NCBI GenBank assembly: GCA_035717485.1
Contig: DASTIQ010000071.1
Location: 4,651-68,650 of the forward strand
DNA length: 64,000 nt
From: Thermoanaerobaculia bacterium
Lineage (GTDB): Bacteria; Acidobacteriota; Thermoanaerobaculia; UBA5066; DATFVB01
Direction: 5' to 3'
Below the pieces are notes generated by a model, which had not been told where the DNA came from, searched no databases, and worked only from the letters and a program-made list of their open reading frames with translations. Shown here piece by piece: positions 1 to 9,734 of this stretch (position 1 is the stretch's first letter; each line of letters begins with the position of its first letter). The position numbers and the translations under genes are program-made.

Positions 1-1
1 G

Positions 2-1474
2 CGAGGCAGGCTCTTCGTCCAGCTCCTGGCCGAAAGCGTCGTCGTCACCCTCCTCTCGGCCGGCGCCGGCGTCGCGGGGGCATGGGCGCTCCTGCGCCTC
101 GGCACCCGCCGTCTGCCGGAGGACTTCCCCGGGGTCTCCGCCGTCGCGATCGACTTCCGGGGCCTCCTCTTCGTCCTCGCCGTCGCGGCGGTAACCTCGG
201 TCGTCTTCGGCCTCGTCCCGCTCGCCGGCGCCGGAAGGGCCGACCTGCGGAGGAAGATCGACGAAGGCCGGGGCGCCGGTTCGCGGAGCGAGGGCCGTCT
301 CCGGCGCGGCCTCGTCGCCGCGCAGCTCGGCCTCGCCGGCCTCCTCCTCGTCGGGGCGACGCTCCTCGCGATCAGCCTCGCCCGCGTCCTGCGCGTCGAT
401 CCCGGCTTCGAGGCCCGGCACGTGATCACGGGCGACCTCTCCCTTCCCCGTTCCCGGTATCCGGACGCGTCCCGCCGCGAGATCTTCCGGAACGCCGCGA
501 TCGCCCGCCTCGAGGCGACCCCGGGCGTCCGGCGGGCCGGAGCGGTCTCGATCCTCCCGCTCGGGAGGAACGAGAACAGCGGCACGTTCGACATCGAAGG
601 GAGGCCGGATCTGTCCGGGAACCGGCAGGCCCACGCGGAGAGCTGGGCCGCGACGCCGGGATACTTCGACGCCATGCGGATCGCGCTCCTGAGGGGACGC
701 CTCTTCAACGCCGGCGACACCGCGTCATCCCTGCCGGTCGCGCTCGTCGACGATGCCCTGGCTCGGACCTATTTCGGCGCAGAAGACCCGGTCGGCCGCC
801 GGATCGACTTCGAAGGAGGCGACCGGGAGAGGAAGTGGCGCGTCGTGGTCGGCGTGGTGCGCACGGTCCGCGCCCGATCGCTCGACGACGAGCCCCGCCC
901 GTCGTTCTATGTCCCTTTCTCGCAGTCCCACGAACCGATCCTGACGCTCGTGGCGCGGGTCGAGGGGAATCCCGCGTCCTTCGCCGGGACCCTCCGCGCC
1001 GCGGTCGCCGCCGCCGACCCCGACCAGCCGCTCGGGACCGTCGCGCCGCTCGAGGAGCTCGTGTCGGAGTCGGTCTCGCAGCGCCGGCTCGCGGCGGCAC
1101 TCCTCGCCGCGTTCGCGCTCGCCGCGCTGCTGCTCGCCGCCGTCGGCCTCTACGGGGTGCTCGCATTCTCGGTCGCGCGCCGGAAACGCGAGATCGGAGT
1201 GCGAATGGCGCTCGGAGCCCTTCCTTCCGCGATCGCCGGACTGGTCCTGCGGGAGAGCGCGAGAATGATCGTCGCCGGTCTCGCCGGAGGTCTCGTCGCC
1301 GCCTTCGTCCTGACCCGGTTCCTTTCCAGCCTGCTCTTCGGGGTCGCCGCGATCGATCCGGCCGCCTTCGGCGGCGTCGCCGCGGCCCTCGGCGCCGCCG
1401 GTCTCCTCGCGAGCTTTCTCCCCGCCCGCCGCGCCGCCCGCATCCCTCCGATGGAGGCGCTCCGGGATGAGTAG
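2..1474 (+). CDS. FtsX-like ABC transporter permease, ADOP (duplicated permease) type; 5' end lies outside the window
   Basis: Frame 2 is open from position 2. The translation shows TM helices, a MacB-like periplasmic segment and C-terminal FtsX helices ending RIPPMEALRDE, nearly the same ending as the next gene (RIDPMEALRTE). It overlaps the next start by 8 nt. Confidence 0.8.
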   Translation, partial: RGRLFVQLLAESVVVTLLSAGAGVAGAWALLRLGTRRLPEDFPGVSAVAIDFRGLLFVLAVAAVTSVVFGLVPLAGAGRADLRRKIDEGRGAGSRSEGRLRRGLVAAQLGLAGLLLVGATLLAISLARVLRVDPGFEARHVITGDLSLPRSRYPDASRREIFRNAAIARLEATPGVRRAGAVSILPLGRNENSGTFDIEGRPDLSGNRQAHAESWAATPGYFDAMRIALLRGRLFNAGDTASSLPVALVDDALARTYFGAEDPVGRRIDFEGGDRERKWRVVVGVVRTVRARSLDDEPRPSFYVPFSQSHEPILTLVARVEGNPASFAGTLRAAVAAADPDQPLGTVAPLEELVSESVSQRRLAAALLAAFALAALLLAAVGLYGVLAFSVARRKREIGVRMALGALPSAIAGLVLRESARMIVAGLAGGLVAAFVLTRFLSSLLFGVAAIDPAAFGGVAAALGAAGLLASFLPARRAARIPPMEALRDE

Positions 1475-3869
1475 GATCGCCCTCGCCGCCGACCTTCGCG
1501 ACGCCGCCCGCCGACTGCGATCCTCGCCGGGTTTCACGGCGACGATTCTCCTGATCTTCGCTGTCGGCCTCGGCACGACGACGGCCGTCTTCGCCATCGT
1601 GCATGCGCAACTCCTCCGGCCGCTGCCGTTCGCCCATCCCGACCGGCTCGTCTCTCTGTCGGAGACCTCACCGAGCGAACACAACGACCGATACGAGGTG
1701 TCGCTTCCCAATCTCGAGGACTGGCGGGCGGCCGACCGCGATTTCGAAGCGATGGCCTATTACGTCGAAGACGAAGTCACCGTACCTTCCGGGGATCGCG
1801 CACTCCGTCTGCCGAGCGCCGAAGTCTCGGCGGAATTCTTCCGGACACTGGGAGTCGCGCCGGAAATCGGTTCCGCGTTCCGGGGGGGAGCCGGCGCCTC
1901 GGGAACGGTCGTCGTGAGCCATCGATTCTGGCGGGATCGCCTCGCCGGGCGCACCGACGTCGTCGGAAGAGACCTCCATGCCGGCGGCGAATCGCGGACG
2001 ATCGTCGGCGTGATGCCGGCTTCCTTCGACTTCCCCTCCGAGAACACCGACCTCTGGACCCCGCTCGTCGTCGAACCATGGATGCGCAACCGCTCGGTTC
2101 ACGTTTTCCGCGCGATCGCGCGGCTGAAAGAGGGCGTCGCGGCCACGCGGGCGAACGCCCACCTTTCGCGCGTAGCCGCGCAGGTTCGGCAACGCGACCG
2201 TGGCGCGGACCCGGATCACGGCGCGGCAGTCCGGTCTCTTCGCGAGGCCATCGTCGGGCCGGTCCGCTCGGGGCTCTGGGCCCTGGCCGGAGCGGTTCTC
2301 CTCGTCTGGCTGATCGCCTGTGCCGATCTCGCTTCGATGCTCCTCACGCGCGCCGCGCGCCGGAAGCGGGAAATCGCCATCCGGCGCGCGTTGGGAGCGA
2401 GTCGCTGGCGGCTCGCGGCCGCAATGGCGACGGAAGGAACGTTGATCGGGGGGCTCGGCGGCACCGCCGCGTACTTTGCGTTCGTCTGGAGCGCTCGCGC
2501 CGTTTCCTCGCTGCTTCCGCCCGGACTTCCTCACGGCCCGGTCGTGAGCGGCGGACCCGCGGCGCTCTCGTTCTCGCTCGCCGTCGGACTCGCGTCGGGA
2601 GTCGTCCTCGCCATCGCTCCCGCGATCCTCCTGCTGCGCCACGGCCGTCTTCTTCCTGGCCGGGATGCCGACACCGCCCGCCCGGAGCGATCCCTGGTCG
2701 ACGTGCTGGTGATCACGCAGACCGCTCTCTGCATGGTCCTGATGACGGGCGCGGCGCTGCTCGGGCGCAGCTTTCTCCGTCTCGCCTCCGTCGACCCCGG
2801 CTTTCGAGAAGAACGCCTGCTGACCATGAAGCTTGATCTCGGCGACGCCGGCTGGCGCACGCGCTCGGAGCTGCGCGCCTTCGCTTCCGAGCTCGAGCGG
2901 AGGACCGGCACCGTCCCGGGAATCGTCTCCGCGAGCGCGACCAGCCGCCTCCCGGTCAGCGGAGGAGACTCCCAAGGAGATCTGACCGTCGAGGGGAGGA
3001 GTGTCTCGGGTGCACCGCCTCCCGCGAGCTTCCGGCGGATCCTTCCCGGCTACTTCCGAACCATGGGGATTCCGATCGTCCGCGGGCGCGACTTCGACGG
3101 ACGGGACGCCGGAACGCCGATGGTCGCGATCGTCAACGCCTCCCTCGCCGCCCGCTGCTGGCCGGGCATGGACCCTCTCGGGCGTCGCATCAAGGTCGGG
3201 CCGGCGGAGCGCGAACCGTGGCTGACGGTCGTCGGCGTCGTCGGAGACGTTCTCAACGGCGGGCTCGCCGACGGCGTCCGGCTTGCGACCTACGAGCCCT
3301 TCACGCAGCGGCCGACGGAGACGTTGTCGCTCGTCGCCCGGGTCGATCGCGGGTCCGAGGCGTCGGTCGCGGCGGTCGTCCGCGCGGTACGCGCCGTCGA
3401 TCCGCGAATCGCGGTCTACGACGTCGCCTGGATGAAGGAGAGGATCCGGCAGGTCCTCGCGCCGCGCCGCACGTATACCGTCGCGACCGGTTTCTTCGCC
3501 GGCGCGACTCTCCTCCTCGCGGCGCTCGGTCTCTTCGGGCTTCTCTCCTCCGCCGTCAACGCCCGCACGCGCGAGATCGGCGTGCGCGTCGCCGTCGGAG
3601 CCCGGGCGGCCGATATCCGGGGGCTCGTCCTTCGCTGGGGCGGCCGGCGTCTCGCGGCGGGGATCGCCGTCGGCGCGCCCGCTTCCGCCGCGGCTGCCGA
3701 AGTCCTGGCTCGCCGCGTGCCCGGGTCGCTCTTCGGCATCTCCCCGAGCGACGGCGCGACGTTCGCGTCGGTCACGGGACTCCTCGCGCTCGTCGGTCTT
3801 GCCGCGGCCCTCGTCCCCGCCCGCCGGGCGGCGCGAATCGATCCGATGGAAGCGCTTCGGACGGAATAG
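1467..3869 (+). CDS. ADOP family duplicated FtsX/MacB-like permease (800 aa)
   Basis: N-terminus (DLRDAARRLRSSPGFTATILLIFAVGLGTTTAVFAIV) and two FtsX-type 4-TM modules separated by periplasmic domains. It ends ARRAARIDPMEALRTE. Confidence 0.85.
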   Translation: MSRIALAADLRDAARRLRSSPGFTATILLIFAVGLGTTTAVFAIVHAQLLRPLPFAHPDRLVSLSETSPSEHNDRYEVSLPNLEDWRAADRDFEAMAYYVEDEVTVPSGDRALRLPSAEVSAEFFRTLGVAPEIGSAFRGGAGASGTVVVSHRFWRDRLAGRTDVVGRDLHAGGESRTIVGVMPASFDFPSENTDLWTPLVVEPWMRNRSVHVFRAIARLKEGVAATRANAHLSRVAAQVRQRDRGADPDHGAAVRSLREAIVGPVRSGLWALAGAVLLVWLIACADLASMLLTRAARRKREIAIRRALGASRWRLAAAMATEGTLIGGLGGTAAYFAFVWSARAVSSLLPPGLPHGPVVSGGPAALSFSLAVGLASGVVLAIAPAILLLRHGRLLPGRDADTARPERSLVDVLVITQTALCMVLMTGAALLGRSFLRLASVDPGFREERLLTMKLDLGDAGWRTRSELRAFASELERRTGTVPGIVSASATSRLPVSGGDSQGDLTVEGRSVSGAPPPASFRRILPGYFRTMGIPIVRGRDFDGRDAGTPMVAIVNASLAARCWPGMDPLGRRIKVGPAEREPWLTVVGVVGDVLNGGLADGVRLATYEPFTQRPTETLSLVARVDRGSEASVAAVVRAVRAVDPRIAVYDVAWMKERIRQVLAPRRTYTVATGFFAGATLLLAALGLFGLLSSAVNARTREIGVRVAVGARAADIRGLVLRWGGRRLAAGIAVGAPASAAAAEVLARRVPGSLFGISPSDGATFASVTGLLALVGLAAALVPARRAARIDPMEALRTE

Positions 3870-3898
3870 ACTCCGTCGATCGCCACGAAAGGAACACG

Positions 3899-4561
<663 letters not shown>

Positions 4562-4694
4562 GGCCGGTGCGGACCGGACGCGCCGCCGTGCGGACGCGAA
4601 AGCCCGGCCTTCGTCATCGGTCGAAGGATCCGCTTCGCGGGCTCTCCGCGCGAGCGTCCCGGGTCACCGCTCCCCGCTGCTAAGCTAGCGCCCC

Positions 4695-6056
4695 ATGCGG
4701 CCATCGCCTCCCGCGCGAATCCTCGTCGCCGACGACCAGCCGGACGTGCTGGAGGCCCTGCGTCTCCTCCTGAAGACGGAGCGCTACGCGACGGAGACGG
4801 CTCCCTCTCCGGCCGCCGTCCTCGACGCGGTCCGGCGGCGCGAGTACGACGCGCTCCTGATGGACCTGAACTACGCGCGGGACACGACCTCCGGGCAGGA
4901 AGGTCTGGACCTCCTCAGCCGGCTGCGCGAGATCGACGACCATCTCCCGGTGATCGTCATGACGGCGTGGGGGTCGATCGACCTCGCCGTCGAGGCGATG
5001 CGCCGCGGCGCCCGGGATTTCATCCAGAAGCCGTGGGACAACGCGCGCCTCCTCGCGACGGTCCGAACCCAGGTGGAGCTCGGCGCCGCGCTCCGCCGCG
5101 GACGGCGCCTGGAGGCGGAGAACCGCGTTCTCCGCGAGATCGCCCCGTCGTTCATCGCCGACTCCCCCGCGATGCAGCCGGTCCTTCAGATGATCGCCCG
5201 GGTCGGTCCGACCGACGCGAACGTCCTCGTCACGGGCGAGAGCGGCACCGGGAAGGGCCTGGTCGCGCAGGCGCTCCATGCCGCGTCGCCGCGCGCCGCG
5301 GGTCCGTTCGTCGCGATCAACATGGGGGGCCTGCCGGAGGGCGTCTTCGAGAGCGAGCTCTTCGGCCACGTACGCGGCGCCTTCACCGACGCGAAAGCCG
5401 ATCGCATCGGCCGGTTCGAGCTCGCGGCCGGGGGGACTCTGTTCCAGGACGAGATCGCGAACCTGACGCTCGCGCAGCAGGCGCGGCTCCTCCGGGTGAT
5501 CGAAACCGGCGAATTCGAGGCGGTCGGTTCCTCGCGCACCCGGAAGGTCGACGTCCGGATCATCTCGGCGACCAACGCCGACCTGCGGACGGAAGTCGCG
5601 GCCGGACGGTTCCGGCAGGACCTCCTCTTCCGGCTGAACACCGTCGAGATTCCCCTTCCCCCGCTCCGGGAAAGACGAGACGACCTTCCGGCGCTGGCGG
5701 AGCAGTTCCTGCGGCAGCACGCCGGCAAGCACCGGAAGCCGGCCGTCGGTTTCGGCCCGGCCGCGCTCGAGACGATGCGCGCCTACGCCTGGCCCGGCAA
5801 CGTCCGCGAGCTCGAGCACGTCGTGGAACGCGCCGTGCTCATGGCGGAGGGACGGGAGATCCGCGCCGCGGATCTCGGGCTCTCTCCGGCGAGCGCGCCC
5901 GCGACGGCCGTCGAGGAAATGAGCCTCGAAGAGGTGGAGACGCTCCTCATCCGGAAGGCGCTCGCGCGCTTCGACGGGAACGTGAGCCGGGCGGCGGAAT
6001 TCCTCGGCCTTTCCCGCAGCGCGTTGTACCGCCGCCTCCAGCGGTACGGTCTGTGA
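4695..6056 (+). CDS. sigma54-dependent response regulator (NtrC family: receiver, AAA+, Fis-type HTH)
   Basis: Receiver domain (ILVADDQ...LLMDLNY). AAA+ motifs GESGTGKG, GAFTDA, ELFGH, FQDEI. C-terminal HTH LGLSRSALYRRLQRYGL. Confidence 0.92.
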   Translation: MRPSPPARILVADDQPDVLEALRLLLKTERYATETAPSPAAVLDAVRRREYDALLMDLNYARDTTSGQEGLDLLSRLREIDDHLPVIVMTAWGSIDLAVEAMRRGARDFIQKPWDNARLLATVRTQVELGAALRRGRRLEAENRVLREIAPSFIADSPAMQPVLQMIARVGPTDANVLVTGESGTGKGLVAQALHAASPRAAGPFVAINMGGLPEGVFESELFGHVRGAFTDAKADRIGRFELAAGGTLFQDEIANLTLAQQARLLRVIETGEFEAVGSSRTRKVDVRIISATNADLRTEVAAGRFRQDLLFRLNTVEIPLPPLRERRDDLPALAEQFLRQHAGKHRKPAVGFGPAALETMRAYAWPGNVRELEHVVERAVLMAEGREIRAADLGLSPASAPATAVEEMSLEEVETLLIRKALARFDGNVSRAAEFLGLSRSALYRRLQRYGL

Positions 6057-6075
6057 CCGGAGGCGCCGCCGCGCC

Positions 6076-7413
6076 GTGAGCCGCCGGAAACTCAGCCACG
6101 AATCGCAGGTCCTCCGGCTGGCGCTCGCGGCGGGGCTCCCCGCGCTCCTCGCGTGCGTCGTGCTCCTCTGGCTCGACCGGACGGACCCGCGGCTCTCGAT
6201 TCCGCTGATCGCGATCCTGACGGCGCTCTGGCTCGGGTTCGCGTTCGCGGTCCGCGAGCGGGTCGTCCGGTCGCTCCAGACCGTCGCGAACCTGATCGGC
6301 GGCCTCCGGGAGAGCGACTATTCCCTCCGCGGGAGGGAGCTCGGCGGGGACGACGCGATGGGAGACGTCGTCTGGGAGATCAACCAGCTGACGGAGATCC
6401 TGCAGCAGCAGAGATTCGGCGCGATCGAGTCCGCGGCGCTGCTGAAGGCGGTCATGACGAAGATCGAGATCGCGATCTTCGCGTTCGACGACGAGGAACG
6501 CGTGCGCATCGCCAACCGCGCCGGCGAGCGGCTCCTCGGCGCGCCGATGGACCGCCTGCTCGGGCGGACGGCGGCCGATCTCGGCGTCGCCGACTGGCTC
6601 ACCGGGGCGCCCGCGAAGACCATCCAGGGGCCGATCGCCGGCCGGTCGGGGCGCTGGGCCGTCCGGCGCTCGGTGTTCCGGGAACGAGGACGCCCCCAGC
6701 AGCTCGTCGTCGTGGCCGATCTCCAGCAGGCGCTCCGGGAGGAGGAGCGCCAGGCCTGGCAGCGGATCATCCGCGTCCTCGGGCACGAGCTCAACAACTC
6801 GCTCGCGCCGATCCAGTCGATCGCGGAGAGCCTCCAGGGAATCGTCGCGCACGGCGACCGGCCCGAGGACTGGGAATCGGACCTTCGCCGCGGCCTCCAG
6901 GTGATCGGCGCGCGCGCCGCCGCGCTCTCCCGGTTCATGGACGGCTACCGGCAGCTCGCCCGTCTTCCCGCGCCGCAGCCGCGTCCGGTCGTCCTGGAGG
7001 AGCTCGCGCGCCGGGTTGCCGGCCTCGAAACGCGCGTGCGGGTGGAAATCCGCAGCGGGCCGCCCGTCGTCCTCGACGCCGACGCCGATCAGATCGAGCA
7101 GCTCCTCATCAACGTGATCCGGAACGCGGCGGACGCCGCCCTCGAAACCGGGGGGGGCGTCGTGCTCTCGTGGCGCGACCACCCCGACGAGGTCGAGATC
7201 ACGGTGACCGACGGCGGACCCGGTCTCGCGAACACCGCCAACCTCTTCGTCCCTTTCTTCACCACGAAGCCGGGGGGCTCCGGGATCGGCCTCTCGCTCT
7301 CGCGCCAGATCGCCGAGGCGCACGGCGGATCGCTGTCTCTCGAGAACCGGCGCGACGCGAAAGGATGCGTGGCGAGGCTGGTCCTGCCGCTGAGGGGCGC
7401 CGCGGGCGACTGA
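6076..7413 (+). CDS. sensor histidine kinase (2 TM, HAMP/PAS-like, HisKA, HATPase)
   Basis: GTG start at 6076. H-box HELNNSLAPIQS, N-box LLINVIRNAADA, G-boxes DGGPGL and GGSGIGLSLSRQIAEAHGG. It lies 20 nt after the response regulator. Confidence 0.88.
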   Translation: MSRRKLSHESQVLRLALAAGLPALLACVVLLWLDRTDPRLSIPLIAILTALWLGFAFAVRERVVRSLQTVANLIGGLRESDYSLRGRELGGDDAMGDVVWEINQLTEILQQQRFGAIESAALLKAVMTKIEIAIFAFDDEERVRIANRAGERLLGAPMDRLLGRTAADLGVADWLTGAPAKTIQGPIAGRSGRWAVRRSVFRERGRPQQLVVVADLQQALREEERQAWQRIIRVLGHELNNSLAPIQSIAESLQGIVAHGDRPEDWESDLRRGLQVIGARAAALSRFMDGYRQLARLPAPQPRPVVLEELARRVAGLETRVRVEIRSGPPVVLDADADQIEQLLINVIRNAADAALETGGGVVLSWRDHPDEVEITVTDGGPGLANTANLFVPFFTTKPGGSGIGLSLSRQIAEAHGGSLSLENRRDAKGCVARLVLPLRGAAGD

Positions 7414-7651
7414 CGCGGCCTTCGTGCTCCTGGATTCGTGTATTGTCCGAGGGAGAACCCTCGCGCTCGGGCGACTGGGCCGTCAGCGGCCCCCGGCTTC
7501 GAGGTACGGCGAGGCGTGAGCCCGATCGCGTCGTTCGGCTACGAACCGCCTTCGACGTCGATCCGCCGCAGCCCCGGCGAAGGCGGTGAGATGCGGGTCG
7601 CCCGAGGCCTACCCGCGCGTGTGTCGCCGGCTCTCGCGGGCCGCACCCGCC

Positions 7652-8932
7652 TTAGTAGTAAGGTTCCCAGATCCAGAAAATCATCTCGCTGATCCGGGCC
7701 GCCAGTCCCCGGTGCTCCCACTTCTGGCGCGTCACCTGCCGGCAGCGCTTCCAGTCGTCCTCGAACATCGCCGTGACTTCGGCGGCGAAGCCCCGGTCGT
7801 AGAAGGCGAGGCTCTCCTCGGCGTTCTTCCCCATCGAGCGCTGGTCGAAATTGATCGAGCCGATCGTCGAGAAGACGCCGTCGACCACGAAGGTCTTGTT
7901 GTGCATCATGGTCGGCTGGTATTCGTAGATCTGGATTCCCGCATCCAGCAGGGGCCCGTAATGCAGCCGCGAGGCGAGACGCACCATCGGAAGGTCGATG
8001 TTCGTTCCCGGAACCATCACGCGGACGTCGACGCCCCGCTTTTTGGCGCGGATCAGGGCGTTGCGGGTCTGCTTGTCCGGCAGGAAATAGGCGTTCTGAA
8101 TGAGGATGGACCGCCGCGCCGCCTGGATCGCCATGTAATAGAGCTCTTTCGGGACCGAGGACGCGTCGCCGCGAGACGCCTTGATCGCCTCGACCTCGAT
8201 GTTCCCGCGAGGCGCGACCTTCGGGTAGAACTTGTCCCCCGCGAGGATCTCCCCGGTCGTGTACGTCCAGTCCTCGGCGAAGATCGCCTGCATCTGCGGG
8301 ACCACCGGCCCCTCCACGCGAACCTGGGTGTCGCGCCATTCCTTCGTGTTCCGCGCGTCGCCGAGCCAGCGCTCGTCGATCCCGAGGCCGCCGGTGTAGC
8401 CGACGTCGCCGTCGACGATGAGGAGCTTGCGATGAGTGCGTTTTCCGATCTTGTAGATCGAAAAGAGCCGGATCGGCCTGTAGACGCGGACCTTGACGCC
8501 CGCCTGCTTGAGCGGCTCCTCGAGATCGCCGAGCTTGCTCCCGTAATCGTCGATCAGGAACCGGACCTCGACCCCGCGTTTCGCGGCGTCGATCATCGCG
8601 GCGGCGAACTGCCGTCCCGCATCGTCCGGCTGGAAAATGTAGGTCTCGAGATCGACGCTCACTTTCGCGTTCCGGATGTCGCCGGTCATCGCGGGAAAGA
8701 TCTGGTCGCCGTTCTTCAGGATCCGGGCCGCATTCCCGCCGACCATGTTGCTGCTCAGCGTGTCGAGCGATCGACGGAACTGCGGGTCCGAGACGCCGAA
8801 GTCGGGAACGAAATGGTAGATTTCCCGCTTTTCGGAAGCGAGCACGCTGTGCGTCACCGTGCAGCGAAGCTGGAGCGCCGCCGCGAGGACGACGGTCGCG
8901 GCCAGAACCCGGCGGCGGGCGGAAAGCGTCAC
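7652..8932 (-). CDS. cls: cardiolipin synthase / phospholipase D family protein
   Basis: Two HKD motifs (HRKLLIVDGDVGYTGGLGI and HNKTFVVDGVFSTIGSINFD) and one N-terminal TM helix. I prefer the GTG start at 8932, which forms a GTGA overlap with the upstream small ORF. The track ORF extends to 9187, but that extra part is Arg-rich and unconvincing. Confidence 0.85.
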   Translation of the reverse strand: MTLSARRRVLAATVVLAAALQLRCTVTHSVLASEKREIYHFVPDFGVSDPQFRRSLDTLSSNMVGGNAARILKNGDQIFPAMTGDIRNAKVSVDLETYIFQPDDAGRQFAAAMIDAAKRGVEVRFLIDDYGSKLGDLEEPLKQAGVKVRVYRPIRLFSIYKIGKRTHRKLLIVDGDVGYTGGLGIDERWLGDARNTKEWRDTQVRVEGPVVPQMQAIFAEDWTYTTGEILAGDKFYPKVAPRGNIEVEAIKASRGDASSVPKELYYMAIQAARRSILIQNAYFLPDKQTRNALIRAKKRGVDVRVMVPGTNIDLPMVRLASRLHYGPLLDAGIQIYEYQPTMMHNKTFVVDGVFSTIGSINFDQRSMGKNAEESLAFYDRGFAAEVTAMFEDDWKRCRQVTRQKWEHRGLAARISEMIFWIWEPYY

Positions 8933-9144
8933 GGCCGGCGGGACACCGCTTCGGCCGTCGCGCGGGCGCCGCGAGAGGCTCCGTCCGCTTCCCAGAGGAG
9001 CGGGCGCGGGCCGGCGTCGCGGGCGACGCGAGTTTCGGAGCGGGCCAGTCCGGCGCGTCGTGAGCTCTTCGGCGCGCCGCTGACGAGCACGGCGATGCCA
9101 CCGACGAGGAAAAAAGCTCCGATGAGCGCGCAGAGGGTCTTCAC
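8929..9144 (-). CDS. small membrane protein (71 aa), translationally coupled to cls
   Basis: GTG start at 9144 preceded by AGGAGA 5 nt upstream. One clear TM helix (KTLCALIGAFFLVGGIAVLVSGA). Its TGA stop overlaps the cls GTG (GTGA at 8929-8932). Confidence 0.55.
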   Translation of the reverse strand: MKTLCALIGAFFLVGGIAVLVSGAPKSSRRAGLARSETRVARDAGPRPLLWEADGASRGARATAEAVSRRP

Positions 9145-9211
9145 GGTTGTCTCCTGACACCGCTACGGAATGCAGGAACGGTGCCACGGATCGAGGAGAC
9201 GAGATCGGCGG

Positions 9212-9679
9212 TCAGGATGGGCGGCGCGGCGGGAAGGGACCGCGAAAGGCGTCGCGGTAGAGCGTCGCCGACGGGACGTCGTCTTCGTTCCCGACGATCG
9301 CGACGACGTCGAAGCGGCAAGCGCGTCCGTGCAGGCGGCGGCGAGCGAGGTACCACTCCGCCGCCCGGGCGATCCGTCTCTGTTTCTCGGGAGTGACGGC
9401 CGCCGCCGGATGTCCCGCGACCGGCCCGCGCCGCCATTTCACCTCGACGAAGCAGAGCAGGTCCGCCTCCTCCGCGATCACGTCGAGCTCGCCGGCCGGA
9501 GTGCGGAAGTTCCGTTCGCGGATTCGAAAACCGTTCCGCCGGAGGAACGAGACGGCGAGGGACTCGCCCCGCTCTCCCGACGCGCGGGTCGCGACGGGCT
9601 TCCGTTCGGCCGCCGGCCCCGGCGCGAGCGCCCGGCGCAGCCGGGCGGCGAGCGAAGCCCACGTTCCACGGAGCGTCAC
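9212..9679 (-). CDS. yraN: YraN family (UPF0102) endonuclease-like protein
   Basis: Core GERGESLAVSFLRRNGFRIRERNFRTPAGELDVIAEE...LCFVEVKWRRG is typical of YraN. GTG at 9679 is the nearest start upstream of the conserved core. The track ORF runs to 9853. Confidence 0.75.
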   Translation of the reverse strand: MTLRGTWASLAARLRRALAPGPAAERKPVATRASGERGESLAVSFLRRNGFRIRERNFRTPAGELDVIAEEADLLCFVEVKWRRGPVAGHPAAAVTPEKQRRIARAAEWYLARRRLHGRACRFDVVAIVGNEDDVPSATLYRDAFRGPFPPRRPS

Positions 9680-9734
9680 GGCCCGATTATCCCCCGCCCA
9701 TTCTCCCGGAGCTTCCGGGATAAACTGCGCGCGC

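Noticed and set aside
7414-7651. Intergenic gaps longer than 100 nt checked for tRNA or small RNA genes: 7414-7651, 17863-18148, 19922-20147, 37662-37874, 59993-60180 and 63135-63302.
   Set aside because: I saw no cloverleaf-compatible arms (no GTTCRANNC T-loop with a matching acceptor stem). Only GC-rich hairpins consistent with terminators were found. I cannot run tRNAscan or Infernal, so small RNAs are not excluded.
7652-9187. The longest-ORF start (9187) for the PLD/cardiolipin synthase gene.
   Set aside because: The extra 85 codons are Arg-rich and featureless, and they would engulf a well-formed small gene (SD, TM helix, GTGA junction). GTG at 8932 gives a normal ClsB-like protein that begins with its TM helix.
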